Origin: Lepidodermella squamata
Lineage: Eukaryota; Animalia; Gastrotricha
Reading direction: 5' to 3'
Assembly (NCBI GenBank): GCA_047495785.1
Contig: JBLDXI010000013.1
Location: forward strand, 868,001 to 932,000
DNA length: 64,000 nucleotides
A program made the position numbers and the translations under genes. The notes under the pieces are model-generated. The model was not told where the DNA came from. It did not search any database and was given only the letters and a program-made list of their open reading frames with translations. How positions within the stretch are numbered: position 1 is the first letter of the stretch; every line of letters starts with the position of its first letter. Below, in pieces: positions 62,327 through 64,000 of this stretch.

Positions 62327-64000
62327 TCAGGTAAGCAGCGCCGGCGAGGGCGAGTGGTGGTTGTTGAGGTGGTTCGGCGTCGTCGCTTGCATCAGATTCA
62401 GCTCGGCATTCACCGACTCCGACTCGGACGACGATGAGTACTTGCCGTTGATGTTAGGCGGCAGCGGCGCCGTTGCGTCCTGCTCGTCCGATGAATCAGC
62501 CCCGCCCAGCTTCGTCTTCAGCGCATCGACGTGAACCTTCGAGATCAGGTGATCGACCAGAGACGGCCCGACCGCTTCCAGGCAGTCAGGGCACGAACCA
62601 CCGGCTACGAGTTGCTGCATGGACCCGGCCGCGTTCAGGCCAGTCACAAAACCCAACTTGGCCTTCTTCTCCTTGGCACGCGCGTTTTGAAACCACACTT
62701 GCACGACCGATTTTTGCAAACCAAGCTCAGAACCTAGGAAAAAAATTAGGTAAAAACCTAAATTTTATGGCTAATTTTTCAATAAATACCTAGTTGAATG
62801 CATTCAGCTTGAGTCGGCGTTTTGTAGTATTCGAAAATCGCCCTCATAATTCTGACTTGAAGCGGCGATAGCTGGGTTCGAAAGCGCCGCCGGCTGTTCG
62901 AAGAACTGACAACGCCGTTGTTGTTAGCAAACGGCAGGCTGTTGCTGTTCTCCCGAATTTCGTCATCGTTTTCTTCCATGTTTGAATCGAGCGACGAAAT
63001 GATCGAGTCTTCATTCATCGGCTGGTTGCTCTGCGAGCCGCCGTTGCGCGAATTTTCAAAGGCAAGAAGCGAGGCAAGATCCGGCCGGTTCGCCAAGTTG
63101 TTGCTTTTACGCTCGCGAGACCGCTGGTTCTGGAACCAGACTTGAACCGTCCGCCGCGTGAGCCCCGTCTCAGCGCACAGAAACTCCAACTGATCACGGG
63201 TCGGATTTTGGCATCGTTGAAAGCTCTCGTACATGATGTTGTGTTGAGCAGCTGTTATCGTCGTGCGGCTGCGTTTCGCGCCGTTCGACGTCGTACCAAC
63301 AGCCATCGAAACCTGGTTATCTTCCGCCTCATCGCCGCCTTCGTTGTCCTCAGGCATGTTCTCCTCAACTTCATCCTCGTTATCGCCGATGTTCGAAAAC
63401 TGGTCGTTTTCAATGGTCGTCTCAGCGGGCAGCAAATGCGTGACGCTGGTCGCAGATTGCTCGCCAGCGATCGGCCGTTCGTGGGCTGATGACGCGGCTG
63501 ACGCAACTGACAGCACACTGCCCTGGCTTGACCGCCTCGTTTTCTGCCGCTGGTTTTGAAACCAGACAATGATAACCCGCTGACTGAGGCCAAGCTGCTG
63601 CGACAGTCGTTTTTGGTCTTCTTCACGTGGATACGCGTTCTTTTCGAAGGCTTCCATCAACGACTGAAGCTGGTGGTCGGAGAATTTCGTCCGACTCGCC
63701 CGCCGCCACGACCGGCCAGCCGGCGACCCGGACCGAGACCCGAACTGGTCATCGGGGCTCATGCGATCGCGCGGCTGTTCGATTTCGTCCTCGTAATCGT
63801 CGTTTTGATCGTAGTAATCGTTATTGCCAATCAACTGGTCATCGATTTGTTGCTGCTGCTGTTGTTCCTTCAAATCTTCAACATCCATAGGATTGCTAGG
63901 TTCGACCTTCATCTCCGGCGCAGGCGTCACGTCTAACCGCTCGTCATTCACCGGCGAGGTTGATAGTGGCGGTGGAATGTTGAGATTGTACGGCGAATTC
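62327..64000 (-). CDS. zfh2: Zinc finger homeobox protein (zfh2/ZFHX3-4 family), 3' part
   Basis: Three homeodomains (RASRTKFSDHQL..WFQNQRQKTR; KRSRTTIT..WFQNQRSRERK; RRFRTQLS..WFQNARAKEKK, split by a short intron near 62733-62789) and a terminal CPDC..HLISKVH finger. Confidence 0.9.

Noticed and set aside
1-64000. Prokaryotic systems (CRISPR arrays, defence operons) or horizontally acquired genes
   Set aside because: Nearly all genes have spliceosomal introns and belong to animal families; no repeat-spacer array seen.

Overview
Gene-dense segment of a compact animal (bilaterian invertebrate) genome with very short spliceosomal introns (about 43-65 nt), so most genes are split across several entries of the ORF track. 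Left to right: two SLC26A11-like anion transporters; a 25-kb array of seven secreted trypsin-family genes; two SLC10 Na+/bile-acid-symporter-like genes; importin-4; TAF12; TMEM185; HDDC2; C9orf78; a calbindin/calretinin-like EF-hand gene; an octopamine/noradrenaline-type SLC6 transporter; and the 3' part of a zfh2/ZFHX gene. In the protease array, five genes share one design: signal peptide, N-terminal Cys, Pro-rich spacer, a catalytically dead protease domain (GDDGGP-type), Thr/Pro linker, then a second protease domain (active in four, dead in one). The other two are single-domain copies of the second module. Two small paralogous 8-Cys secreted peptide genes sit inside the array on the opposite strand and appear only after splicing. 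Repeats include an RTE-LINE remnant, two inverted-repeat elements each with a tRNA-like core, a tRNA-derived SINE and a 194-nt hairpin upstream of HDDC2. All gene models were spliced by eye; no database search was run and the organism cannot be named.
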